64,000 nt of DNA, taken from the NCBI RefSeq assembly GCF_009914755.1, contig NC_060933.1. One strand, written 5' to 3'. Source of the stretch: the human T2T-CHM13v2.0 reference genome, Homo sapiens. A program made the position numbers and the translations under genes. The notes beneath the pieces are model-generated. The model had not been told where the DNA came from. It saw only the letters and a list, made by a program, of their open reading frames with translations, and searched no databases. Positions 28,740-42,500 of the stretch are shown here, piece by piece (the first letter of the stretch is position 1; each line of letters opens with the position of its first letter).

Positions 28740-29083
28740 TTCTGGTTGTTTCCATTCCATTCCATTCCATTTCAGTCCATTCCATTGCACTCAGGTTGAT
28801 TCCATTCCATTCCTTTCCATTGCATTCCACTCCATTCCATTCCGGATGATTCCATTCCATTGCATTCCATTCCATTCCATTCCCCTGCACTCGGGTTGAT
28901 TCCATTCCATTCCATTACATTACATTCCGTTCCATTCCATTCCATTCCTTTCGGATTGATTCTATTCAATTCCCTTACACTCCATTACATTCCATTCCAT
29001 TCAGGTAGTTTCCATTCCATTCCATTCCATTCCTCTCCATTCCATTGCACTCGGGTTGATTCCATTCCATTCCATTCCATTCC

Positions 29084-29133
29084 ATTACATTACATTACAT
29101 TACATTACATTACATTACATTACATTACATTAC
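29084..29133 (-). repeat. (ATTAC)10 / (GTAAT)10 variant pentamer run
   Basis: Ten uninterrupted ATTAC units, the longest non-GGAAT pentamer run I saw in the window. Confidence 0.9.
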
Positions 29134-30491
29134 ATTCCGTTCCATTGTACTCGGGTTGATTCCATTCCATTGCTTTCCATTCCATTCCATTCCATTCCAT
29201 TCCTTTCCATTCCATTTCACTCCATTCCATTGTACTCGGGTTGATTCCATTCCATTCCATTCCATTGCATTCCATTCCATTCCATTCCGGATGATTCCAT
29301 TCCCTTGCATTCCGTTCCATTACATTCCCCTGCACTCGGGTTAATTCCGTTCCATTCCATTCCATTCCATTGGATTCCATTCCATTCCAATTCTTTCCAT
29401 TACATTCTATTCCATACCATTCCATTCCATTCCATACAATTCCATTCCATTCCATTCCATTCCATTCCATTCCATTCCACTCGAGTTGACTTCATTCCAT
29501 TCCTTTCCATTCCATTCCATTCCTTTCCACTCGAGTTGATTCCATTCCATTCCAATCCATTGCAATCCATTCCATGCGATTCCACTCGGGTTGATTCCAT
29601 TCCTTTGCATTCCATTCCATTCCATTCCATTCCATTGCATTCCATTCCATTCCATTCCGTTGCATTCCATTCCATTACATTCGGATTGATTCTGTTCAAC
29701 TCCCTTACTCTCCATTACATTCCATTCCATTCGGGTTGTTCCATTCCATTCCATTCGATTCGACTCCATTCCATTGCACTCGGGTTGATTCCATTCCATT
29801 CCATTCCATTCCATTCCATTGCGGATGATTCCATTCCATTGCATTCCTTTCCATTACATTCCCCTGCACTCGGGTTGATACCATTCCATTCCATTCCATT
29901 CCATTCCATTCCATTCCGGATGATTCCATTCCATTGCATTCCATTGCATTCCATTCCCCTGCACTCGGGTTGATTCCATTCCATTCCATTCCATTCCATT
30001 CCATTCCATTCCATTCCATTCCGTTCCATTCCATTCCATTCCATTCTATTCTGGTTAATTCCATTCCATTCCTTTCGATTCCATTCCATTCCATTCCATT
30101 CCATTGCAATCGAGTTGATTCCATTCCATTCCATTCCATTCCATTCGGGTTGTTCCATTCCATTCCATTCCATTCCACTCCATTCCATTGCACTCGGGTT
30201 GATTCCATTCCATTCCATTCCATTCCATTCCATTCCATTCCATTCCATTCCATTCCGGATGATTCCATTCCATTGCATTCCGTTCCATTACATTCCCCTG
30301 CACTCGCGATGATTCCATTCCATTCCATTCCATTCCATTGCGTTCCATTCAGTTCCATTGCATTCCATTCCATTCTATTCGGGTTAATTCCATTCCATTC
30401 CATTCAATTCCATTCTAGTCCATTCCATTCCATTCCATTGCAATCGAGTTGAATCCATTGCATTTCATTCCATTCCATTCCATTCCATTCC

Positions 30492-30506
30492 ATTCCGGAA
30501 GATTCC
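30492..30506. promoter_or_regulatory. Perfect heat shock element motif aTTCc-gGAAg-aTTCc (first of ~22 in the right arm)
   Basis: Exact match to nTTCnnGAAnnTTCn. Other starts: 31136, 31740, 32803, 35466, 36344, 38002, 38806, 42498, 43802, 47863, 48483, 53375, 55296, 55755, 56455, 57293, 57961, 59150, 59998, 61456, 63287. Function is inferred. Confidence 0.6.
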
Positions 30507-33500
30507 ATTCCATTGCATTCCATTCCATTCCATTAGCCTGCACTTGCGTTGATTCCTTTCCATTCCATTCCATTCCACTCCGTTCCGTTCCATTCCATTC
30601 CATTCCATTCCATTCCATTCCGTTCCTTTCCATTCCATTCCATTCCATTCTATTCGGGTTAATTCCATTCCATTCCATTCGATTGCAATCGAGTTGATTC
30701 CATTCCATTTCATTCCATTCCATTCGATTCCATTCGATTGCACTCGGGTTGATTCCATTCCATTGCATTCCATTCCATTCCATTCCATTCCATTCCATTC
30801 CATTAAGTTCCATTCCTTTCCATTACATTCGGATTGATTGTATTCAATTCCCTTACACTCCATTACATTCCATTCCATTCGGGTAGTTTCCACTCCATTC
30901 CATTCCATTCCTCTCCATTCCATTGCACTCGGGTTGATTCCATTCCATTGCATTCCATTCCATTCCATTCAATTCCATTCCGTTCCATTCCATTCCATTA
31001 CATTCGGATTGATTCAATTCAACTCCCTTACTCTCCATTACATTCGATTCCATTCGGGTTGTTCCATTCCATTCCATTCCATTCCACTCCATTCCATTGC
31101 ACTCGGGTTGATTCCATTCCATTCCATCCCATTCCATTCCGGAAGATTCCATTCCATTGCATTCCATTACATTCCATTCCCCTGCACTCGCGTTGATTCC
31201 ATTCCATTCCATTCCATTGCATTCCATTCCATTCCATTCCATTCCATTCCGTTGCATTCCATTCCATTACATTCGGATTGATTCTATTCAACTCCTTTAC
31301 TCTCCATTACATTCCATTCCATTCGGGTTGTTCCATTCCATTCCATTCCATTCCACTCCATTCCATTGCACTCGGGTTGATTCCATTCCATTCCATTCCA
31401 TTCCATTCCATTCCGGATTATTCCATTCCATTGCATTCCGTTCCATTACATTCCCCTGCACTCGCGTTGATTCCATTCCATTCCATTCCATTCCATTCAA
31501 TTCCATTCCATTACAATTCGTTCCATTCCATTCTATTCCGTACCATTCCATTCCATTCCATACCATTCCATTCCATGCCATTCCATTCCATTCCATTCCT
31601 TTCCGTTCCATTCCATTCCATTCCATTCCATTCTATTCGGGTTAATTCCATTCCATTCCATTCCATTCCATTCTATTCCATTCCATTGCAATCGAGTTGA
31701 ATCCATTGAATTTCATTCCATTCCATTCCATTCCATTCCATTCCGGAAGATTCCATTCCATTGCATTCCATTCCATTACATTCCCCTGCACTCGCGTTGA
31801 TTCCATTCCATTCCGTTCCGTTCCATTCCATTCCATTCCATTCTATTCGGGTTAATTCCATTCCATTCCATTCGATTGCAATCGAGGTGATTCCATTCCA
31901 TTCCATTCCATTCCATTCCATTCCATTCCATTCCTTTCCATTCCATTACGGATGATTCCATTCCATTGCATTCCATTCCATTCCATTCCCCTGTACTCGG
32001 GTTGATTCCATTCCATTCCATTCCAATCCATGCCATTCCACTCGTGTTGATTGCATTCTTTCCATTCCATTCAAGTTGAATCCATTCCATTGCATTCCAT
32101 TCCATTCGATTCCATTCGATTGCCCTCGGGTTGTTTCCATTCCATTGCATTCCATTCCATTCCATTCCATTCCATTCCATTCCATTCCATTCCATTCCGG
32201 ATGATTCCATTCCATTGCATTCCATTCCATTCCATTGAAATCGAGTTGAATCCATTCCATTCCATTCCATTCCATTCCATTCCATTCCATTCCATTCCGG
32301 ATGATTCCATTCCATTGCATTCCATTCCATTCCATTCCCCTGCACTCGGGTTGATTCCATTCCATTCCATTCCATTACATTCCATTCCATTCCGTTCCAT
32401 TTCATTCTATTCGGGTTAATTCCATTCCATTCCATTCCACTCCATTCCAGTCCTTTCCATTCCATTCCACTCGGGTTGATTCCATTCAATTCCTTTCAAT
32501 TCCATTCCATTCCATTGCAATCGGGTTGATTCCATTCGAGTTGAATCCATTCCATTCCATTCCATTCCATTCCATTGCACACGGGTTCATTCCATTCCAT
32601 TCCATTCCATTCCATTCCCCTGCACTCGGGTTGATTCCATTCCATTCCATTCAATTCCATTCCGTTCCATTCCATTCCATTACATTCGGATTGATTCTAT
32701 TCAACTCCCTTACTCTCCATTACATTCTATTCCATTCGGGTTGTTCCATTCCATTCCATTCCATTCCACTCCATTCCATTGCACTCGGGTTGATTCCATT
32801 CCATTCCGGAAGATTCCATTACATTACATTCCATTACATTCCATTCCCCTGCACTCGCGTTGATTCCATTCCATTCCATTCCATTCCATTCCATTCCATT
32901 CCATTCCATTCCTTTCCGTTCCATTCCATTCCATTCCGTTCCGTTCCGTTCCATTCCGTTCCGTTCCATTCCATTCCATTCCATTCTATTCGGGTTAATT
33001 CCATTCCATTCCATTCGATTGCAATCGAGTTGATTCCATTCCATTCCATTCCATTCCATTCCATTCCATTTCATTCCATTCCATTCCTTTCCATTCCATT
33101 GCGGATGATTCCATTCCATTCCATTCCATTCCATTCCATTCCATTCCCCTATACTCGGGTTGATTCCATTCCATTCCATTCCAATCCATGCCATTCCACT
33201 CGTGTTGATTCCATTCTTTCCATTCCATTCAAGTTGAATCCATTCCATTGCATTCCATTCCATTCGATTCCATTCGATTGCACTCGGGTTGATTCCATTC
33301 CATTGCACTCCATTCCATTCCATTTCATTCCATTCCATTCCTTTCCATTCCATTCCATTCCATTCCATTCCATTCCATTCCATTCCATTCCCTTCCATTG
33401 CAATCCAGTTAATTCCATTCCATTCCTTTCCATTCCATTCCATTACCTTGCATTCCACTCAGGTTGATTCCATTCCCTTCTTTCCACTCCATTACATTCC

Positions 33501-36500
33501 CTTCCATTCCACTCGGAATGATTGATTCCATTACATTCCATTCCATTTCATTCCATTGCAATCCATTCCAATCCATTCCATTCCATTCCATTCCACTCGA
33601 GTTGATTTCATTCCATTCCTTTCCATTCCATTCCATTCCTTTCCACTCGAGTTGATTCCATTCCATTCCATTCCATTGCATTCCATTCCATGCCATTCCA
33701 CTCGGGTGGATTCCATTCTATTCCATTCCATTCCATTCCATTCCATTGCATTCCATTCCATTCCTGTCCCCTACACTCGGGTTGATTCCATTCCATTCCA
33801 TTCCATTTAATTCCATTCCATTCCATTCCATTCCATTCCATTCCATTCCAATCCGTTCCATTCCATTCCCTTCTATTCCATTGCAATCGACTGGATTCCA
33901 TTCCATTCCATTCCATTCCATTCCATTCCATTCCATTCCATTCCATTCCATTCCATTTTGTTCCAATCCATTCTATTCCGAACCATTCCATTCCATTCCA
34001 TGCCATTCCACTCGGGTTGATTCCATTACTTTCCATTCCATTTGGGTTGAATCCAATCCACTCCATTCCATTCCATTCGAATCCATTCCATTGCACTCGG
34101 GTTGATTCCATTCCATTCCATTCCATTCCATTCCATTCCATTCCGTTCAATTCCATTTCATTACATTCAGATTGATTCTATTCAATTCCCTTACACTCCA
34201 TTATATTCCAATCCATTCTGGTTGTTTCCATTCCATTCCATTCCATTTCACTCCATTCCATTGCACTCGGTTTGATTCCATTCCATTCCATTCCATTCCA
34301 TTCCGGATGATTCCATTCCATTGCATTCCATTCCATTCCATTCCCCTGCACTCAGGTTGATTCCATTCCATTCCATTCCACTCCATTCGGTTCCGTTCCA
34401 TTCCATTCTATTGCATTCCATTCTATTCGGGTTAATTCCATTCCATTCTATTCCATTGCATTCCATTCCATTTCATTGCAATGGAGTTGATTCCATTCCA
34501 TTCCATTCCATTCCGGATGATTCCATTCCATTGCATTCCATTCCATTCCATTCCTCTGCACTCGTGTTGATTCCATTACCTTCCATTCCATTCCATTCCG
34601 TTCCATTCCATTGCATTCCATTCTATTCCGGTTAATTCCATTCCATTCCATTCCATTCCATTCCATTCCATTGCAATCGAGTTGATTTCATTCCATTTCT
34701 TTCCATTCCATTCCATTGCCTTGCATTCCAATCGGGTTGATTCCATTCCCTTCTTTCCACTCCATTACATCCCCTTCCATTCCACTCGGAATGATTGATT
34801 CCATTCCATTCCATTTCATTCCGTTGCAATCCATTCCAATCTATTCCATTCCATTCCAATCCACTCGAGTTGATTTCATTCCTTCCTTTCCATTCCATTC
34901 CATTCCTTTCCACTCGAGTTGATTCCATTCCATTCCATTCCATTGCATTCCATTCCATGCCATTCCACTCGTGTTAATTCCATTCCTTTGCATTCCATTC
35001 CATTCCATTCCATTCCATTCCATTCCATTCCATTCCATTCCGTTGCATTCCATTCCATTACATTCGGATTGATTCTATTCAACTCCCTTACTCTCCATTA
35101 CATTCCATTCCATTCGGGTTGTTCCATTCCATTCCATTCCGTTCCACTCCATTCCATTGCACTCGGGTTGATTCCATTCCATTCCATTCCATTCCATTCC
35201 ATTTCGCATGATTCCATTCCATTGCATTCCTTTCCATTACATTCCCCTGCACTCGCGTTGATTCCATTCCATTCCATTCCATTCCATTCAATTCCATTCC
35301 ATTCCATTCCATTCCATTCCATTCCATTCCGTTCCATTCCGTTCCATTCCATTCCATTCCATTCTATTCGAGTTAATTCCATTCCATTCCATTCTATTCC
35401 ATTCCATTGCAATCGAGTTGAATCCATTGCATTTCATTCCATTCCTTTCCATTCCATTCCATTCCATTCCGGAAGATTCCATTCCATTGCATTCCATTCC
35501 ATTCCATTCCCCTGCACTCGCGTTGATTCCATTCCATTCCATTCCATTCCATTCCATTCCATTCCATTCCGTTCCGTTCCGTTCCATTCCGTTCCATTCC
35601 ATTTCATTCCATTCCATTCCATTCCGTTCCGTTCCATTCCATTCCATTCCATTCTATTCGGGTTAATTCCATTCCATTCCATTCGATTGCAATCGAGTTT
35701 ATTCCAATCCATTCCATTCCATTCCATTCCATTCCATTCCTTTCCATTCCATTACGGATGATTCCATTCCATTGCATTCCATTCCATTCCATTCCCCTGT
35801 ACTCGGGTTGATTCCATTCCATTGCATTCCAATCCATGCCATTCCACTCGTGTTGATTCCATTCTTTCCATTCCATTCAAGTTGAATCCATTCCATTGCA
35901 TTCCATTCCATTGGATTCCATTCGATTGCACTCGGGTTGATTACATTCCATTGCATTCCATTCCATTCCATTCCATTCCATTCCATTCCATTCCATTCCG
36001 TTCCTTTCCATTCCATTACATTCGGATTGATTCTATTCAATTCCCATACACTCCATTACATTCCATTCCATTCGGGTAGTTTCCATTCCATGCCATTCCA
36101 TTCCTCTCCATTCCAGTGCACTCGGGTTGATTCGATTCCATTGCATTCCATTCCATTCCATTCAATTCCATTCCGTTCCATTCCATTCCATTACATTCGG
36201 ATTGATTCTATTCAACTCCCTTAGTCTCCATTACATTCCATTCCATTCGGGTTGTTCCATTCCATTCCTTTCCAATCCACTCCATTCCATTGCACTCGGG
36301 TTGATTCCATTCCATTCCATTCCATTCCATTCAATTCCATTCCATTCCGGAATATTCCATTCCATTGCATTCCATTCCATTCCATTCCCCTGCACTCGCG
36401 TTAATTCCATTCCATTCCATTCCATTCCATTCCATTCCGTTCCGTTCCGTTCCATTCCATTCCATTCCATTCTATTCGGGTTAATTCCATTCCATTCAAT

Positions 36501-39500
36501 TCGATTGCAATCGAGTCGATTCCATTCCCTTCCATTCGATTCCATTCCATTCCTTTCCATTCCATTACGGATGATTCCACTCCATTGCATTCCATTCCAT
36601 TCCATTCCCCTGTACTCGGGTTGATTCCATTCCATTCCATTCCAATCCATGCCATTCCACTCGTGTTGATTCCATTCTTTCCATTCCATTCAAGTTGAAT
36701 CCATTCCATTGCATTCCATTCCATTCCATTCCCCTGCAGTCGGGTTGATTCCATTCCATTCCATTCCACTCCATTCCATTCCATTCCAATCAAGTTGATT
36801 CCATTCCATTCCATTCCATTCCATTCCATTCCATTCCATTCCACTCCATTCCAGTCCTTTCCATTCCATTCCTCTCGGGTTGATTCCAATGTATTCCTTT
36901 CCATTCCATTCCATTCCATTGCAATCGAGTTGATTCCATTGCTTTGCATTCCATTCCATTCCATTCCATTCCGGATGATTCCATTCCATTGCATTGCATT
37001 CCATTCCATTCCCCTGCACTCGGGTTGATTCCATTCCATTCCACTCCATTCCGTTCCATTCCATTGAATTCCATTGTATTCGGTTTAATTCCATTCCATT
37101 CCATTCCATTCCATTACATTCCATTACAATCGAGTTGATTCCATTCCATTCCATTCCATTCCAGTCCTTTCCATTCCATTCCACTCGTGTTGATTCCATT
37201 CTACTAGTTTCCATTCCATTCCATTCCCTTCCATTCCACTCTGGTTGATTCCATTCCTTTCCATTCCACTCGAATACATTCCCTCCTATTCCACTCGGAA
37301 CGATTCCATTCCATTCCATTCCATTCCATTCCATTCCATTCCATTCCATTCCATTCCATTCCATTTCGTTCCATTCCATTCCATTCCGTATCATTCCATT
37401 GCATTCCATTCCATTCCATTCCATTCCATTCCATTCCATTCCATTCCATTGTACTCGGGTTGATTCCATTCCATTGCATTCCATTCCATTCCATTCCATT
37501 CCATTCCGTTGCATTCCATTCCATTACATTCGGATTGATTCTATTCAACTCCCTTACTCTCCATTACATTCCATTCCATTCGGGTTGTTCCATTCCATTC
37601 CATTCCATTCCACTCCATTCCATTGCACTCGGGTTGATTCCATTCCATTCCATTCCATTCCATTCCGGATGATTACATTCCATTGCATTCCGTTCCATTA
37701 CATTCCCCTGCACTCGCGTTGATTCCATTCCATTCCATTCCATTCCATTCAATTCCATTCCATTACAATTCGTTCCATTCTATTCTATTCCGTACCATTC
37801 CATTCCATTCCATGCCATTCCATTCCATTCCATTCCATTCCATTCCATTCCATTCCGTTCCATTCCGTTCCATTCCATTCCATACCATTCTATTCGGATT
37901 AATTCCATTCCATTCCATTCCATTCCATTCCATTCTATTCCATTCCATTGCAATCGAGTTGAATCCATTGCATTTCATTCCATTCCATTCCATTCCATTC
38001 CATTCCGGAAGTTTCCATTCCATTGCATTCCATTCCATTCCATTCCCCTGCACTCGCGTTGATTCCATTTCATTCCATTCCATTCCATTCCGTTCCGTTC
38101 CATTCCTTTCCATTCCATTCCGTTCTGTTCCATTCCATTCCATTCCATTCCACTCGTGTTGATTTCATTCCTTTCCATTCCATTCGGTTTGAAGGCATTC
38201 CATTCCATTCCATTCCATTCCATTCCATTCCATTCCAGTCCATTCCATTCCATTGTACTCGGGTTGATTCCATTCCATTGCAATCCATTCCATTCCATTC
38301 CATTCCATTCCGTTGCATTCCATTCCATTACATTCGGATTGATTCTATTCAACTCCCTTACTCTCCATTACATTCCATTCCATTCGGGTTGTTCCATTCC
38401 ATTCCATTCCATTCCACTCCATTCCATTGCACTCGGATTGATTCCATTCCATTCCATTCCATTCCATTCCATTCCATTCCGGATGATTCCATTCCATTGC
38501 ATTCCGTTCCATTACATTCCCCTGCACTCGGGTTGATTCCATTCCATTCCATTACATTCCATTCGATTCCATTCCATTCCAATTCTTTCCATTCCATTCT
38601 ATTCCGTACCATTCCATTCCATTCCATACAATTCCATTCCATTCTATTCCACTCCGTTCCGTTCCGTTCCGTTCCGTTCCATTCCATTCCATTCCATTCT
38701 ATTCGGTTTAATTCCATTCCATTCCATTCCATTCCATTCCATTCTATTCCATTCCATTGCAATCGAGTTGAATCCATTGCATTCCATTCCATTCCATTCC
38801 ATTCCATTCCGGAAGATTCCATTCCATTGCATTCCATTCCATTCCATTCCATTCCATTCCATTCCATTCCATTCCATTCCATTGTACTCGGGTTGATTCC
38901 ATTCCATTGCATTCCATTCCATTCCATTCCATTCCATTCCATTCCGTTCCATTCCATTCCATTACATTCGGATTGATTCTTTTCAACTCCCTTACTCTCC
39001 ATTACATTCCATTCCATTCTGGTTGTTCCATTCCATTCCATTCCATTCCACTCCATTCCATTGCACTCGGGTTGATTCCATTCCATTCCATTCCATTCCA
39101 TTCCGGATGATTCCATTCCATTGCATTCCGTTCCATTACATTCCCCTGCACACGGGTTGATTCCATTCCATTCCATTCCATTCCATTCGATTCCATTCCA
39201 TTCCCCTGCACTCGCGTTGATTCCATTCCATTCCATTTCATTGCATTCCATTCCATTCCATTCCATTCGATTCCATTCCTTTCCATTGCAGTCTTTTCCA
39301 TTCCATTCCACTCGGGTTGATTCCATTCCATTCCATTTCATTGCATTCCATTCCATTCCATTCCATTCCATTCCATTCCATTACATTCCATTACAATCGA
39401 GTTGATTCCATTCCATTCCATTCCATTCCAGTCCTTTCCATTCCATTCCACTCGTGTTGATTCCATTCTATTAGTTTCCATTCCATTCCATTCCCTTCCA

Positions 39501-42500
39501 TTCCACTCTGGTTGATTCCATTCCTTTCCATTCCACTCGAATACATTCCCTCCTATTCCACTCGGAACGATTCCATTCCATTCCATTCCATTCCATTCCA
39601 TTCCATTCCATTTCGTTCCATTCCATTCTATTCCGTATCATTCCATTCCATTCCATTCCATTCCATTCCATTCCATTCCACTCGTGTTGATTCCATTCCT
39701 TTCCATTCCATTCGGTTTGAAGGCATTCCATTCCATTCCATTCCATTCCATTCCATTCCATTCCATTCCTCTCCATTCCATTGCACTCGGGGTGATTCCA
39801 TTCCATTGCATTCCATTCCATTCCATTCAATTCCATTCCGTTCCATTCCATTCCATTACATTCGGATTGATTCTATTCAACTCCCTTACTCTCCATTACA
39901 TTCCATTCCATTCGGGTTGTTCCATTCCATTCCATTCCATTCCACTCCATTCCATTGCACTCGGGTTTATTCCATTCCATTCCATTCCATTCCATTCCGG
40001 ATGATTCCATTCCATTGCATTCCATTCCATTCCATTCCCCTGCACTCGGGTTGATTCCATTCCATTCCATTCCTTTCCGTTCCATTCCATTCCATTCCAT
40101 TTTATTCGGGTTAATTCCATTCCATTCCATTTCATTCCATTCCATTCCATTACAATCGTGTTGATTCCCTTCCATTCCATTCCATTCCATTCCATTCCAG
40201 TCCTTTCCATTCCATTCCACTCGGTTTGATTCCATTCTATTAGTTTCCATTCCATTCCATTCCCTTCCATTCCACTCTGGTTGATTCCTTTCCTTTCCAT
40301 TCCACTCGAATACATTCCCTCCTATTCCACTCGGAACGATTCCATTCCATTCCATTCCATTCCATTCCATTCCATTCCAGTTCGTTCCATTCCATTCTAT
40401 TCTGTACCATTCCATTCCATTCCATTCCTTTCCATTCCATTCCTTTCCACTCGTGTTGATTCCATTCCTTTCCATTCCATTCGGTTTGAAGGCATTCCAT
40501 TCCATTCAATTCCATTCCATTCCATTCCATTCCATTCCATTCCATTCCATTCCATTGCAATCGAGTTGAATCCATTGCCTTTCATTCCATTCCATTCCAT
40601 TCCATTCCATTCCGGATGATTCCATTCCATTACATTCCATTCCATTCCATTCCCCTGCACTCGCGTTGATTCCATTCCATTCCATTCCATTCCATTCCGT
40701 TCCGTTCCATTCCATTCCATTCCATTCCATTCCATTCCGTTCCGTTCCATTCCATTCCATTCCATTCTATTCGGGTTAATTCCATTCCATTCCATTCGAT
40801 TGCCATCGAGTTGATTCCATTCCATTCCATTCCATTCCATTCCATTCCTTTCCATTCCATTCCTTTCCATTCCATTACGGATGACTCCATTCCATTGCAT
40901 TCCATTCCATTCCATTCCCCTGTACTCGGGTTGATTCCATTCCATTCCATTCCGCTCCATTCGGTTCCGTTGCATTCCATTCTGTTGCATTCCATTCTAT
41001 TCGGGTTAATTCCATTCCATTCTATTCCATTCCATTCCATTCCATTCCATTGCAATGGAGTTGATTCCATTCCATTCCATTCCATTCCGGATGATTCCAT
41101 TGCATTGCATTCCATTCCTTTCCATTCCCCTGCACTCGTGTTCTTTCCATTCCGTTCCATTCCATTCCATTCCATTCTGTTCCGGTTAATTCCATTCCAT
41201 TCCATTCCATTCCATTCCATTCCATTCCATTGCAATCGAGTTGATTGCATTCCATTCCTTTCCATTCCATTCCATTGCCTTGCATTCCACTCGCGTTGAT
41301 TCCATTACCTTCTTTCCACTCCATTACATTCCCTTCCATTCCACTCGGAATGATTGATTCCATTCCATTCCATTCCATTTCATTCCATTGCAATCCATTC
41401 CAATCCATTCCATTCCATTCCATTCCACTCGAGTTGACTTCATTCCATTCCTTTCCATTCCATTCCATTCCTTTCCACTCGAGTTGATTCCATTCCATTC
41501 CAATCCATTGCATTCCATTCCATGCCATTCCACTCGGGTTGATTCCATTCCTTTGCATTGCATTCCATTCCATTCCATTCCATTCCGTTGCATTCCATTC
41601 CATTACATTCGGATTGATTCTATTCAACTCCCTTACTCTCCATTACATTCCATTCCATTCGGGTTGTTCCATTCCATTCCATTCCATTCCACTCCATTCC
41701 ATTGCACTCGGGTTGATTCCATTCCATTCCATTCCATTCCATTCCATTCCGTTCCGTTCCATTCCATTCCATTCCATTCCATTCCGTTCCGTTCCATTCC
41801 ATTCCATTCCATTCTATTCGGGTTAATTCCATTCCATTCCATTCGATTGCAATCGTGTTGATTCCATTGCATTCCATTCCATTCCATTCCATTCCATTCC
41901 ATTCCATTCCTTTCCATTCCATTACGGATGATTCCATTTCATTGCATTCCATTCCATTCCATTCCCCTGTACTCGGGTTGATTCCATTCCATTGCATTCC
42001 AATCCATGCCCTTCCACTCGTGTTGAGTCCATTCATTCCATTCCATTCAAGTTGAATCCATTCCATTGCATTCCATTCCATTCGATTCCATTCGATTGCA
42101 TTCGGGTTGATTCCATTCCATTGCATTCCATTCCATTCCATTCCATTCCATTCCATTCCATTCCATTCCGTTCCATTCCATTCCATTACATTCGGATTGA
42201 TTCTATTCAATTCCCTTACACTCCATTACATTCCATTCCATTCGGGTAGTTTCCATTCCATTCCATTCCGTTCCTCTCCATTCCATTGCACTCAGGTTGA
42301 TTCCATTCCATTGCATTCCATTCCATTCCATTCAATCCATTCCGTTCCATTCCATTCCATTATATTCGGATTGATTCTATTCAACTCCCTTACTCTCCAT
42401 TACATTCCATTCCATTCGGGTTGTTCCATTCCATTCCATTCCATTCCACTCCATTCCATTGCACTCGGGTTTATTCAATTCCACTCCATTACATTCCATT

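Larger units (their letters stand above)
27590..29445. repeat. Diverged inverted repeat (quasi-palindrome) flanking the breakpoint; arms ~27590-28580 and ~28741-29445, spacer ~160 bp
   Basis: Rare markers are mirrored in order: AAACAACCAGAA (28569-28580) vs TTCTGGTTGTTT (28740-28751); GAGTGAAATGG vs CCATTTCAGTC; AAACTACC...GAGTGTAAGGG (~28325-28365) vs ~28970-29012; (GTAAT)4 at 28227 vs (ATTAC)10 at 29084; GAATTGTATGG...GAAAGAATTGG (~27592-27647) vs ~29387-29442. Confidence 0.8.

Noticed and set aside
28581-28900. Inversion as a sequencing or assembly fold-back chimera
   Set aside because: An artefactual fold-back would give near-identical arms. These arms differ by many substitutions, indels and repeat counts, and the distal arms are not mirror images. 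Read-level confirmation is still advisable.
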